A stretch of 62,459 nucleotides of DNA, filler included, from Leucoraja ocellata (lineage: Eukaryota), in NCBI GenBank assembly GCA_036785375.1. It is 3 parts of 3 records of this genome, joined end to end, with 100 filler letters (N's around TTAATTAATTAA, not from the genome) between each part and the next. Parts side by side here need not be neighbours in the genome. Positions count along the whole stretch, not along the records: positions 1 to 27,030 come from JAWMAR010000061.1; 2 more parts are not named here. The stretch is one strand, 5' to 3'. The translations under genes were made by a program, and so were the position numbers. This document shows, in pieces, positions 10,801 to 23,400 of the stretch. Each line of letters starts with the position of its first letter. Positions within the stretch are counted from its first letter, which is position 1. Under the pieces are notes generated by a model. It was given only the letters and a program-made list of their open reading frames with translations, did no database searches and was not told the DNA's origin.

Positions 10801-11199
10801 AAACCAGAATCTGCAGTTCCTTCTTAAACAATTTGTATTACGAAGGCAACATTGATTGCAAAATGCTTTCCATAGGGAACTAATTAAAAGTAACTTTGAA
10901 AATCTTTAGGCAGAGGAAAGCTGCCAGATTTAAACACTAAAGTCTGAAGAAGGGTCTCGACCCAAAACGTCACCCATTCCTTCTCTCCAGAGATGCTGCC
11001 TGTCCCGCTGAGTTACTCCAGTGTTTTGTGTCTATCTTATTAGTGAAGCTGTTAGTCGGTGCAGGTCACCAGAAGAATCTTTCTTTGGTTGATGTTACAC
11101 TGGGAATAATAATGTCAGGCTCCATGTGTTGCAGTGTACAAAGGGATTGAAGTTGCAATCTGCAGTGTTAATAATGATGTGCATTTACTTTGAAAGGGA

Positions 11200-11780
11200 C
11201 AGGCCTTAACACTGAGCACTCAGGAGGTACAGTGCGCTCTGCGTAGGATCAATCCACGCAAGGCTGTAGGCCCGGGTGGAGTCCAGGGAAGGGTACTAAA
11301 GGACTGTGCTGTACAGCTGGCGGAGGTATTCACGAGAATCTTTAATCTGTCTCTATCTCTGGCAACGGTCCCCAAGTGCCTGAAAACAGCCACCATAGTG
11401 CCGGTGCCGAAAAAGTCTAAAGTCACCAACCTGAACGACTACCGCCCGGTTGCGCTAACTCCAATCCCAATGAAGTGCTTCGAAAGGCTGGTCCTCTCCC
11501 ATATCAAATCCAGCATCCCTGCCTCACTGGACTCTCATCAATTTGCATACAGGGCAAATAGATCAACAGAGGATGCCATCTCTCTGGCTCTTCACACTGT
11601 CCTGACTCACCTGGACAGACAGGGCATGTACGTGAGGATGCTCTTCATTGACTATAGCTCTGCATTCAATATGGTCATCCCCACAAAGTTCACCACCAAA
11701 CTCCACCAGCTAGGCCTCAGCTCGCCGATATGCGATTGGATCCTGAACTTTCTGACGGAGCGACCGCAGGCAGTGAGACC
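11200..11780 (+). mobile_element. Rex1/Babar LINE reverse transcriptase fragment
   Basis: [31 protein letters not shown]...[14 protein letters not shown]...[11 protein letters not shown]. Confidence 0.9.
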
Positions 11781-11885
11781 TGTCCTAATATTATTATTAT
11801 TATTTCATGTGAAAATGACAAGCGAATCAAGGCCGCGCTTACATTAAGCCGATGATTCTCTTCCAAGCTGTTAACAGGCAACTAA

Positions 11886-12050
11886 AGGGCCTGTCCCACT
11901 TGGACGTATTTTGCGCGTCATCTACGCACCAATTTACGTGTCACGACACATGACACGCACGTCGCGCCGCGCACGTGATGCGCGCGAGGTACGTGGTGAC
12001 CTAGGCAGTGACGCGCGGTCGTGCGCAGCGCCCCAAACGAGACAGGCCCT
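11886..12050. mobile_element. Harbinger-type MITE (CpG-rich)
   Basis: taa|agggcctgtcccact ... gagacaggccct. Confidence 0.7.
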
Positions 12051-13324
12051 TTCATCACCCTCGTGCAACTAGAGAGCGGCCCTGAACTACATCCCACCTC
12101 ACTGATGACTCTCGGACTATCATTGATCGGACTTTGCTGGCTTTACCTTGCACTAAACATTATTCCCCTGTTCAGGCATCGGTACATTGTAAACGGCTCG
12201 ATTGTAATCATGTATTGTCTTTCCGCTGACTGGTTAGCCCGCAACAAAAGCTTTTCACTGTACCTCGGTACACGTGACAATAAACTCAAATGAAAACTGA
12301 AATGAAGAGAATGTGGGGACAATAAAAGAATGGGATTAAAATAAACTGGATAGTTGATGGTAGGTGCGGACTTTATGGGCCGAATGGCTTTGTTTCCACA
12401 CAGCATCTAATCTATAAAAGCTAAGACTCTATAATGAAAAGCACTGTGGTTCCAATGTCCGTGAAGAGAGACGAAAGTGATTTTATTTTAGTCGAATTCA
12501 AGGATGATATATGGGGTTGCAATTTTTCCAAATTAGCTATTAATATTTTTGCAATTTCATCACTCTTAGCAAATCTAATGCTTCAGCAATTGCAACCTCT
12601 ATATTTTTGTAAAATGCAGTTTATGTTTTGCAGTTGGTTCCAAGTAACTATTATTTTTTCCTGTGAGACTGCGGTCCGTAATACCTCATACAGCAGTGCA
12701 AATAGACTGTGTTTAAGTTTGATTCATCCCTGCACGTTGCAACCAGAGATTTAATGTGATCCATGATTTGTTTGGTGATGGTACATTAGAAATAAACATG
12801 TTATTTTTTCCACAGCCGTCAGGAAATCGGTCATTGTCTCTCACTGAAGGCTTGTGTTGCTGGAATTACAAAAGGGTGGAAGGACAGATCCATCATGTTG
12901 CTTATTGCAAAACAAAAATAACATCAGTGGAAACTGAAGTCTACAAAATAATGGTCAGCTCGCTTTGAAACACAACGAGGGTCTTGGTGGCAGCAGAAAT
13001 GCAACAAAGCTGGGAAGGGATGAGAGAAGGAATGAATGGGTGACATTTCAGGTTGAGACCCTTCAGACTGAGAGTCAGGGGAGAGGGAGATTCAGAGGTA
13101 AAGAAGGGTAAGGTGTGAAAATGAGACATCAAAGGGGATGAGGATCAGGGGACATGTTGGCTGAGGGGAAGGTGACAACGAGGCATACAGAGATAACATT
13201 TAATCAGGGGGCATCTTTAATCAGACAGGTCGGAGAATTAGGATGGAGGAGGGGATGGTGACAGAGGGAAAGCAAGGGTTGTTTAAAGTTAGAGAAGTCA
13301 ATGTTGCAGTTGCAACTGCAACTA

Positions 13325-14000
13325 CTGCAGTTGTACAGGGTCTTGGTGAGACCACACCTGGAGTATTGCGTACAGTTTTGGTCTCCAAATCTGAGGAAGG
13401 ACATTATTGCCATAGAGGGAGTACAGAGAAGGTTCACCAGAATGATTCCTGGGATGTCAGGACTGTCTTATGAGGAAAGACTGGATAGACTTGGTTTATA
13501 CTCTCTAGAATTTAGGAGATTGATTCAGATTCAGATTCAATTTTAATTGTCATTGTCAGTGTACAGTACAGAGACAACGAAATGCATTGAGACAACGAAA
13601 TTGAGAGGGGATCTTATAGAAACTTACAAAATTCTTAAGGGGTTGGACAGGCTAGATGCAGGAAGATTGTTCCCGATGTTGGGGAAGTCCAGGACAAGGG
13701 GTCACAGCTTAAGGATAAGGGGGAAATCCTTTGAAACCGAGAGGAGGAGAACTTTTTTCACACAGAGAGTGGTGAATCTCTGGAACTCTCTGCCACAGAG
13801 GGTAGTTGAGGCCACAGTTCATTGGCTATATTTAAGAGGGAATTAGATGTGGCCCTTGTGGCCAAGGGGATCAGGGGGTATGGAGAGAAGGCAGGGATGG
13901 GATACTGAGTTGGATGATCTGCCATGATCACATTGAATGGCGGTGCAGGCTCGAAGGGCCGAATGGCCTACTCCTGCACCTAATTTCTATGTTTCTATGT
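13325..14000 (+). mobile_element. CR1 (HER1-like) LINE 3' fragment
   Basis: [19 protein letters not shown]...LRGDLIETYKILKG, with a (tttctatg)n tail. A small Rex-type tail is inserted at ~13523-13600. Confidence 0.9.
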
Positions 14001-14486
14001 TCATGCCGATGGGGTGCAAGCTGCCCAAGCGAAATATGCCGAGCTGTTCCTCCAATTTGCGCTGGGTCTGTGTAGAGTGGTATAAGATGTTTTATTTCTT
14101 GAGTTAACAGTAGGTGTGGATAAAGAATAGACACTATCTCCTTAGTTTTCTGACTTTAGTGCGCGATGAATTTGGAAACATGCAGCATTTAGGTGAGGGC
14201 AGCGTAGGTTTACTGGGAGGAAAGTTTGCCTGAGTGGTTTAAGACCAGGCATCATCTATGTGGTGCAGGGGAGTGGATGCCTGACGACATTGTCTATTCC
14301 TGCCAGAGTTGTTCTCATTGACTCATCAGTGTGTTCTACATCTCACCCACACGTCCAAACAAACCGGCCAAGCTGTATCCCAAACGCCAACTCGCCCACA
14401 CCAATTAGTCACTCCATTAGTAGATGGCCATCGATGTTCAGGCAGCTTCCTACCCAATCTCCACATCGTGTCTGCTCACAGTTTAG

Positions 14487-15452
14487 TAGAAACATCGAAA
14501 CATCGAATATAGGTGCAGGAGGAGGCCATTCGGCCCTTCGAGCCAGCACCGCCATTCATTGTGATCGTGGCTGATCGTCCCCAATCAATACCAGACTGAT
14601 TCCTGGGATGTCAGGACTATCTTATGAAGAAAGACTGGATAGACTTGGTTTATACTCTCTAGAATTTAGAAGACTGAGGGGGGATCTTATAGAAACTTAC
14701 AAAATTCTTAAGGGGTTGGACAGGCTAGATGCAGGAAGATTGTTCCCGATGTTAGGGAAGTCCATGACAAGGGGTCACAGTTTAAGGATAAGAGGGAAAT
14801 CCTTTAAAACCGAGATGAGAAGAACTTTTTTTTCACACAGCGAGTGGTGAATCTCTGGAACTCTCTGCCACAGAGGGTAGTTGAGGCCAGTTCATTGGCT
14901 ATATTTAAGAGGGAGTTAGATGTGGCCCTTGTGGCTAAGGGGATCAGGGGGTATGGAGAGAAGGCAGGTACGGGATACTGAGTTGGATGATCAGCCATGA
15001 TCATATTGAATGGCGGTGCAGGCTCGAAGGGCCAAATGGCCTACTCCTGCACCTAATTTCTATTTTTTTTTTTCTAATAACCCGTGCCTGCCTTCTCCCC
15101 ATATCCCTTGACTCCACTATCCCCTAGAGCTCTATCTAACTCCCAGTGACTTGGCCTCCACTGCCCTCTGTGGCAGGGAATTCCACAAATTCACAACTCT
15201 CTGGGTGAAAAAGTTTTTTTCTCATCTCAGTTTTAAATGGCCTCCCCTTTATTCTTAGACTGTGTGGCCCCTGGTTCTGGACTCGCCCAACATTGGGAAC
15301 ATTTTTCCTGCATCTAGCTTGTCCAGTCCTTTTATAATTTTATATGTTTCTGTAAGATATGCCCCTCATCCTTCTAAATTCCAGTGAATACAAGCCCAGT
15401 CTTTTCAATCTTTCCTCATATGATAGTCCCGCCATCCCAGGGATTAACCTCG
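14487..15452. mobile_element. CR1 (-) interrupted by a younger CR1 3' fragment (14594-15065, +)
   Basis: ORF 14608-14850 [29 protein letters not shown]. The flanks continue a minus-strand CR1. Confidence 0.85.
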
Positions 15453-15454
15453 AT

Positions 15455-15772
15455 AAGTTTAGTTTAGTTTAGTTTAGAGGTATAGCGCGGAAAGAGGCCC
15501 TTCGACACACAAAGTCCGTGCCGACCAGCGATCCCCGCACATTAACACTATCCTACACACACTAGGGACAATTTACATTTACACCAAGTCAAATAACCTA
15601 CAAACCTGTACGTCTTTAGAGTGTGGGAGGAAACCGAAGATCCCGGGGAAAACCCACGTGGTCACGGGGAGAACGTGCAAACTCCGTACAGACAGCACCC
15701 GTAGTCAGGATCGAACCCGGGTCTCTGGCGCTGTGAGGCAGCAACTCTACCGCTGTGCCATCGTGCCGCCCA
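15455..15772 (-). mobile_element. V-SINE (HE1-like), full length
   Basis: Head gggcggcacgatggcacagcggtagag, B box, V-domain and (ctaaa)n tail. Confidence 0.92.
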
Positions 15773-16389
15773 CAGATAGCAACATCAGCCACTATCCAGC
15801 CAGCAAGAAGCTCGTAAACAGCTAGATTCTTTTATAAAAATGAGATCAGCAGAAGTATTTAAAAACAGCGTTGTTATCCCATCAACCATCTGAATTCTTA
15901 GTCATTCACTGCTTTAGAAATTAGCTCATCAATCTCACAATCTTCAATCTCCCAGTAATATTTTCTCTTCAAAGTGCAAGAAACTTACAACAAAGTGTTG
16001 TGAGTTAAGTTGTGTCGGAAGGAACTGTTTACTCTGAAGACAGACACAAAATGCTGGAGTAACTCAGCGGGACCAGCAGCATCTCTGGAGCGAAGGAATG
16101 GGTGATGTTTTGGGTCAAGTCTGTAGAGTCTTGGCCCAAAACGTCACCCAATCCTTTTCTCCAGAGATGCTGCCTGTCCCGCTGAGTTCCTCCAGCTTTT
16201 TGCGTCTATCTATGGCTAACTATGGTGCACTGTCCCCCGCTGTGGCCTGACCTGCTGAGTTTTTCCAGCGTTTCATGTTTTCAGTTCAGAAGAATGTACC
16301 CTTCGTTTTTCTAAAACATGTCATCCGATGGATTTAATTAAATACAGGAGAGAGGTAAGCAAGGGCAAGATGTGAAAAGGGGACATTAA

Positions 16390-16803
16390 AGATTCAAGAT
16401 TCAAGAGAGTTTATTGTCATGTGTCCCAGATAGGACAATGAAATTCTTGCTTTGCTTCAGCACAACAGAATATAGAAGGCATGAATACAGAACAGATCAG
16501 TGTGTCTATATACCATTGTATAAATATATACACACATGAATAAATAAACAGATAAAGTGCAAATAAACAGATAATGGGTTATTAATGTTCAGAGTTTTGT
16601 CTGAGTTGAGTTTAATAGCCTGATGGCTGTGGGGAAGTAGCTATTCCTGAACCTGGACGTTGCAGTCTTCAGGCTCCTGTACCTTCTTTCTACCTGAAGG
16701 CAGCGGGAGATGAGTGAGTGGCCAGGATGGTGTGGGTCCTTGATGATGCTGCCAGCCTTTTTGAGGCAGCGACTGCGATAGATCCCCTCGATGGAAGGGA
16801 GGG
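16390..16803 (-). mobile_element. Rex1/Babar LINE 3' end
   Basis: PSIEGIYRSRCLKKAGSIIKDPHHPGH...RFRNSYFPTAIRLLN, with a (cttgaat)n tail. Confidence 0.85.
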
Positions 16804-17046
16804 GACGAAACTCAAGGATTATGTAGAATAGATTTATTGTCAGCTGGGGCAAGGTGACAACGAAGGTAAAACTTAATCAGGCTGCTCGGAGAACTAGGGT
16901 GGGGGAGTGTCTGAAGGATCTCAAGCCAAAACGTCACCCATTCCTTCTCTCCGTAGATGCTGCCTGTCCCGCTGAGTTTCTCCAGCATTTTGTCCCTATC
17001 CTCTGGGATTATAGGTGGTGTAACAGATCCAAAATTGGTTGAAATG

Positions 17047-17290
17047 TTCAAGGAGGAACTGCAGATGCTGGAAAATCGAAGTGCTGGAGAAACTCAGCGG
17101 GTGAGGCAGCATCTATGGAGCGAAGGAATAGGTGACGTTTCGGGTCGAGACCAGGAAGCATCTATGGAGCGAAGGAATAGGTGACGTTTCGGGTCGAGAC
17201 CCTTCCGGGTCTCGACCCGAAACGTCGCCTATTCCTTCGCTCCATAGATGCTGCCTCACCCGCTGAGTTTCTCCAGCATTTCTGTCCACA
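17047..17290. repeat. PLE-derived fold-back unit (same internal structure as 8337-8592)
   Basis: Shares the junction gagaccaggaagcatctatgg and the turn gagacccttccgggtctc. Confidence 0.85.
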
Positions 17291-18060
17291 TTCAACATTG
17301 GTCGCGGCTGACATTCAATCAAAACCCCATCGCATATTTCGGGATTCCAAATTGCCTCCATTTTTAATGTCCCGTGAAGTATGTACATCAATTAATATAA
17401 CAATGAAAAATTCCAGGGCTGCCAGTGATTAATGAAAGTAGGCAATGCCTGAAGAATTCATTAGTGCTGAGCTCGGCAAACAGCCTGCAAATGGTTCTCT
17501 GTTGCAGTCTCACAGAATTAACTGCACGGCTAACAGGTCATCTATTCTAACTTTAATCACCAGGTTCCCCCTTAAAGCTATCTAAGCTATTTTCCCTTAA
17601 TTTGCCAATAATTGTGCAAATTCCTGGGAATATTTATAGGTCAGGAAACATCTGTGTAAGTGCTGAGGTTTCTCTTGAAAAACTCACCATCTCATTGCAG
17701 TTGCAGTCTCAATATTTACATAGGCGCTGTCTGTGCGGAGTTTGCACGTTCTCACCGCGACCTGCGTGGGTTTACTCCGGGTGCTCCGGTTTCCTCCCGC
17801 ACTCCAAAGACGTGCAGGTTTGTAGGTCAATTGGCTTTGGTAAAATTGTACAGTGTCCCTAGTGTGTGCTAGTATACGGGGCGATCGCTGGCCGGCACAG
17901 ACTCGATGGGCCGAAGGGTGCGTAGGGTAGAAGATACTTTTATATATTCTGGACAATTCTGATCACAAAACCCCAGACACTAAAAATATAACTATCACTG
18001 TATGTCATGTTGTTACTTGTGGGCGGAGCACCAATGCAAATTCCTTGTATGTGAATACTT

Positions 18061-18535
18061 AACCATATAACCATATAACAATTACAGCACGGAAACAGGC
18101 CATCTCGACCCTTCTAGTCCGTGCCGAACACATAATCTCCCCTAGTCCCATCTACCTGCGCTCAGACCATAACCCTCCATTCCCTTCCCATCCATATAAC
18201 TATCCAATTTATTTTTAAATGATAAAAACGAACCTGCCTCCACCACCTTCACTGGAAGCTCATTCCACACAGCTACCACTCTCTGAGTAAAGAAGTTCCC
18301 CCTCATGTTACCCCTAAACTTCAGTCCCTTAATTCTCAAGTCATGTCCCCTTGTTTGAATCTTCCCTACTCTCAGTGGGATAAACTCTGTCTATCCCTCT
18401 CATCATTTTAAAGACCTCTATCAAGTCCCCCCCTTAACCTTCTGCGCTCCAAAGAATAAAGCCCTAACTTGTTCAACCTTTCTCTGTAACTTAGTTGCTG
18501 AAACCCAGGCAACATTCTAGTAAATCTCCTCTGTA
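18061..18535 (-). mobile_element. CR1 LINE 3' end, second subfamily with (tatatggt)n tail
   Basis: GNFFTQRVVAVWNELP...FKNKLDSYM. Related pieces at 23430-23612 and 23846-23980. Confidence 0.85.
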
Positions 18536-18699
18536 ATCTGGCCAATAAACTTACTTACTTACTTAATTCCTTTAAAACAGTAAAGGTTGGCAAAACAAAT
18601 ATGTCTTTAACTCTGCCTTAAAGGACAGGATATATTAAACCTTTCCTTAATTCGCTGGGAGAGTCAGTGTGGGGCGATTACAATAGCCATTCTTTAGAC

Positions 18700-18996
18700 T
18701 ACTTCAGAGATACAGCATGGAAACAGGCCCTTCGGCCCACTGAGTCTGTACCGACCAGTGGTCCCCGCGTACACTAACACTATCCTACACACAATAGGGG
18801 CAATTTACACTCATACCAAGCCAATTAACCTATCAACCTGCACGTCTTTGGAGTGTGGGAGGAAGCCGAAGATCTCGGAGAAAACCCTAGGCAGGTCACG
18901 GGGAGAACGTGCAAACTCCGTACAGACAGCACCCGTAGTCGGGATCGAACCCGGGTCTCTGGCACTGTGAGGCAGCAACTCTACCGCTGAGCCACT
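18700..18996 (-). mobile_element. V-SINE (HE1-like)
   Basis: tRNA head, V-domain and CR1-like tail. Confidence 0.88.
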
Positions 18997-19939
18997 GAAT
19001 CATCCCATCCCCAACTAGAGAGCAGTCCTAACCTAACACCCACCTCATTGAAGACCCTCGGACTATGTTTAATCGGACTTTACTGGGCTTTACCTTGCAC
19101 TAAACATCATTCATGTCTACCATGTTCTGTTGTGCTGAAGCAAAGCAAGAATTTCATTGTCCTATCTGGGACACATGACAATAAATTCTCTTGAATCTTG
19201 AATCTTGAATCCCTTCACCCTGCATCTATACACTGTGGACGGCTCGATTGTAATCGTGTAAAGTCCTTCCGCTGACTGGATAGCACGCAACAAGAAAGCT
19301 TTTGACTGTACGCGTGACAATAAAGAACAAACTAGCAAAAAACTCAAAACAAATTGGCATCCCTACTTGCAAATGGGATGAGGACAGAAAGATGTTCCCA
19401 TTAAATCTCGATTTGAAAAGTTGGCAGTCAGAGGCATGGACACACATGAGCTGTGGTGATTTTATTGAGCTCCACAGTACATACTGAAATTAACTTTCAA
19501 TATATACTGTACCTTGGCAGAGGTACCTTGGTGAGATTTTGAATGGTTACTCCAAAGACTGATTGTTGCAATTTGCATTGGACTATATGAGTATGTTACA
19601 CTGATGGAGTGGGAAAGTACTTTCATATCTTCATCAATCAGTTTTTTTTGTGTGTGCCGTAGTGCTTTATCAATTTTTCACACATTAACTTGCAGAAGGG
19701 TGAGTTAATCGCCAGTTTTATAGCAATATTTCAACAATAACTAACAATGATACAATAACAGAGGGAGATTCGTCCTCCCTTCTGTTCCAGATATGTTCCA
19801 GGAGCAGAATTAGGCCATTCGGCCCATTGAGTCTACCCCGACATTCAATCATGGCTGATCTATCTCTCCCTCCTAACCCCATTCTCCTGCCTTCTCCCCG
19901 TAACCCCTGACACCCGCACTGATGAAGAGTCACACATGC

Positions 19940-20110
19940 GTCACGGTGGCGCAGCGGTAGAGTTGCTGCCTCACAGCGCCAGAGACCCGGGTTCAATCCC
20001 GACTACGGGTGCTGTCTGTACGGAGTTTGCACGTTCTCCCCGTGACCTGCGTGGGTTTTCTCCGAGATCTTCGGTTTCCTCCCACACTCCAAAGACGTGC
20101 AGGTTTATAG
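19940..20110 (+). mobile_element. V-SINE 5' part
   Basis: ggtggcgcagcggtagag...ggttcaatcccg, followed by the V-domain. Confidence 0.85.
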
Positions 20111-20477
20111 GGTCACCTATTCAAACTCTTTTTTAATACATTTCTTTTTCATAAATTATAAAAAATATATATATTTTTATAAATTATGTTTCTCTGGGGT
20201 ACCTAATGTTTTAGTTGTTTAAATTATGACATCGGATGGAAGCTGCATACCAAATCTCGTTGCACCTCTGTGCAATAATATTATTATTATTATTCTAACT
20301 TTAATCACCATGTATTTCTGCCCATGTTCCCCTTAAGTTATTTTTTCCTTAATTTGCCAATAAATGTACAAATGCCTGGGAATATTTATAGGTCGGGGAA
20401 ACATCTGTGTAGATGCCAAGGTTCCTCTTCAAAAACTCACCATCTCATTGCAGTTGCAGTCTCAATAATTATATTGC

Positions 20478-20732
20478 ATGGGTTCGATCCCGACTACGGG
20501 TGCTGTCTGTACGGAGTTTGCACGTTCTCCCTGTAACCTGCGTGGGTTTTCTACGAGACCTTCAGTTTCCTCCCAGAAGACGTACAGGTTTGTAGGTTTA
20601 ATTGGCTTGGTGTATCTGTACAAAATGTCCCTAGTGTGTGTGTCGGACAGTGTTTGTGTGCGGGGATCGCTGGTCGGCGTGGACTCAGTGGGCTGTTTCC
20701 ACGCTGTATCTCTAAACTAAAACTAAACTAAA
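20478..20732 (+). mobile_element. V-SINE (5' truncated)
   Basis: B box, V-domain and (ctaaa)n tail. Confidence 0.85.
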
Positions 20733-21416
20733 CACATATGAGGAGATAGACTGAAGAAGGGTCTCGACCCAAAACGTCACCCATTCCTTCTCTCCAGAGA
20801 TGCTGCCTGTCCTGCTGAGTTACTCCAACACTTTCCGAAATAAAGCAACACAGAGTGCTGGAGTAACTCAGCGGGACAGGCAGCATCTCTGGAGAGAAGG
20901 AATGGGTGATGTTTTGGGTCAAGACCCAGCATTTTATGTCTACTTTCGATTTAAACCAACATCTGCAGCTCTTTCTTACACATGGTCTGAAGAATAACCT
21001 CACTAAAATGGTGGTATAAATTAGCATAAAATAGTTATTATTGGACCATTGAAGTCAGGTTTATTGAGCTATTCAGATTACAAACCGTTCAGCAAGATAT
21101 TCCTCTGGGTCAGATTGCTGCGATATTAATGAGATAATGTGATAGAGCAGAGGTTAGTCTATAATTAAACAGAATCCAATCTTAAGCAAGACTGAGTAAG
21201 GTGCTAGTTTACAATGGGTGGTGCCAATATCTCTTTTCGAGCAGCCTCAACAAATAACTTAATTAGAGGTGGGCCAGATCATTCTGAGATCATTACCAAA
21301 TCATTCAAGTTAAGCCTTGCTATTAGATCTCTCCAAACTATAGATCGTAAGAATATTTTTAAAACGACACAAAACGCTGGAGTAACTCAGCGGGACAGGC
21401 AGCGTCTCTGGAGAGA

Positions 21417-21462
21417 AGGAATGGGTGACGTTTCGGGTCGAGACCCTTCTTCAGACCAATCC
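21417..21462 (-). ncRNA. Minimal type-I hammerhead ribozyme motif, best-preserved copy
   Basis: Minus strand: ggattGGU CUGAAGA a GGGU cucg ACCC GAAA C GUC|ACC cattcc. Core intact, stem I GGU/ACC, predicted cleavage between 21427 and 21426. Confidence 0.75.
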
Positions 21463-21599
21463 TGAACTCTCGTCGAAGAGAGGAGGAGAACTTCCTCCTT
21501 AGATAGATAGAGTTAGATAGAGGCCAGTGGAATCAAGGGATATATGGGGAGAAGGCAGGCACGGGTTACTGATTGTGGATGATCAGCCATGATCACAAT

Positions 21600-21882
21600 C
21601 AAAGGTGGACAAAAATGCTGGAGAAACTCAGCGGGTGCAGCAGCATCTATGGAGCGAAGGAAATAGGCAACGTTTCGGGACGAAACCCGGAAGGAAATAG
21701 GCAACGTTTCGGGCCAAAAACCGGAAGGAAATAGGCAACGTTTCGGGCCGAAACCCGGAAGGAAATAGGCAACGTTTCGGGCCGAAACCCGGAAGGAAAT
21801 GGGCAACGTTTCGGGCCGAAACCCGGAAGGGTTTCGACCCGAAACGTTACCTATTTCCTTCGCTCCATAGATGCTGCTGCAC
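21600..21882. repeat. PLE fold-back unit with 34-bp tandem array (~5 copies)
   Basis: Unit ggaaggaaataggcaacgtttcgggccgaaaccc. Confidence 0.9.
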
Positions 21883-21894
21883 AATGAATGGCAA

Positions 21895-22250
21895 GTTGTA
21901 CGTTCTCCCCGTGACCTGCGTGGGTTTGCTCCAGGAGCTCCGGTTTCCTCCCACACTCCAAAGACGTGCAGGTTTGTAGGTTAATTGGCTTGGTGTAAAT
22001 GTAAAATTGTCCCTAGTGTGTGTAGGATAGTATTAATGTGCGGGGGGGGGGGGGGGGGGGGAATCACTGGTCCGAAGGGCCGAAGGGCCTGTTTCCATTC
22101 TGTATCTCTAAACTAAATGAAATTAAACAGGTTAAATGACTTGGTATAAATGTAAATTGTCCCTAGTGTGTGTGTGTGTGTGTGTGGGATAGTTTTCACC
22201 GGTCAGTGTGGACTCGGGGGGCCGAAGGGCCTGTTTCCGCGCTGTATCTC
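21895..22250 (+). mobile_element. Two V-SINE 3' parts
   Basis: V-domain and tails, with poly-G and (GT)n inside. Confidence 0.8.
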
Positions 22251-22935
22251 TGAACATAGAAAACATAGAAACATAGAAAATAATACTGCAGGAGTAGGCC
22301 ATTCGGCCCTTCCACTGAGTTCCCCAGGGGTACAGGATTAATCTGCAGCGTTCCACACTCCCCGAGGGCAATCGCAGTGACACAGGGTTGGTGGCAGAGT
22401 GCTCGTGAAACATTTCCCACTAACTATTACACCAATACTACCTTCGGAGAATGAGGGCGTGGGATGAGACAGGTTACTTGTAGGAAATAAAGCACATGGG
22501 ACTAATTGAGGGGCAATTTGGGCTTCCTCTCTGTTCAGTATGCTGAATGCATAGGCACTGTTTGATACTTTTATGCCTAATTAGGTGTACAATTTTTTTG
22601 CTGTTATCAATGCAGGGACCACAGTCCCTGACCAGTGAATGCGTCCAATTAGCATTGAATTTCGAATGCTCAGAATGATTGCTTTCAACATGATGTCCCT
22701 TTATAGTTATATCTCTCTTGCCTGTTATTTGCCTGTTACAACGTGTCATTTCATTCAAAAATTGTGAATAAGTAAAAGGCCCACAATTTGTCAACGGATA
22801 TCCATGTAAAATTATCACTTGTTGTTCTTCTCACTGGGTCTAATCTTTCCCTATCCACCCCCGAGATAAAGATTCGGAAAATGTTCTTCTTCTTGAGTGT
22901 GGCGTGCACAGCCTAAAGTTGTAGGACAACTTGTT

Positions 22936-23400
22936 TAAGAAGGATGCAGGAAAATCGAAGGTAGACAAAAATGCTGGAGAAACTCAGCGGGTGCAGCAGC
23001 TTCTATGGAGCGAAGGAAATAGGCAACGTTTCGGGACGAAACCCTTCCGGGTTTCGACCCAAAACGTTGCCTATTTCCTTCAGGGTTTCGACCCGAAACG
23101 TTGCCTATTTCCTTCAGGGTTTCGACCCGAAACGTTGCCTATTTCCTTCTTGGTTTCGACCCGAAACGTTGCCTATTTCCTTCCGGGTTTCGACCCGAAA
23201 CGTTGCCTATTTCCTTCTTGGTTTCGACCCGAAACGTTGCCTATTTCCTTCTTGGTTTCGACCCGAAACGTTGCCTATTTCCTTCAGGGTTTCGACCCGA
23301 AACGTTGCCTATTTCCTTCAGGGTTTCGACCCGAAACGTCGCCTATTTCCTTCGCTCCAGAGATGCTGCTGCACCCGCTGAGTTTCCCCAGCTTTTTTGT
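22936..23400. repeat. PLE fold-back unit with nine 34-bp tandem repeats
   Basis: Units c(a/c/t)(g/t)ggtttcgacccgaaacgttgcctatttcctt at a 34-bp period from 23047 to ~23352. TSD gta(g/a)gacaacttgtt at 22921-22935 and 23401-23415. Confidence 0.92.

Noticed and set aside
15690-15772. tRNA genes
   Set aside because: All A/B-box hits are V-SINE heads that continue into the V-domain, and none gives a complete cloverleaf.
23047-23352. CRISPR-like array (34-bp partially palindromic repeats)
   Set aside because: Units are head-to-tail with no unique spacers, no cas genes are present, the context is eukaryotic, and the unit derives from the PLE tail.
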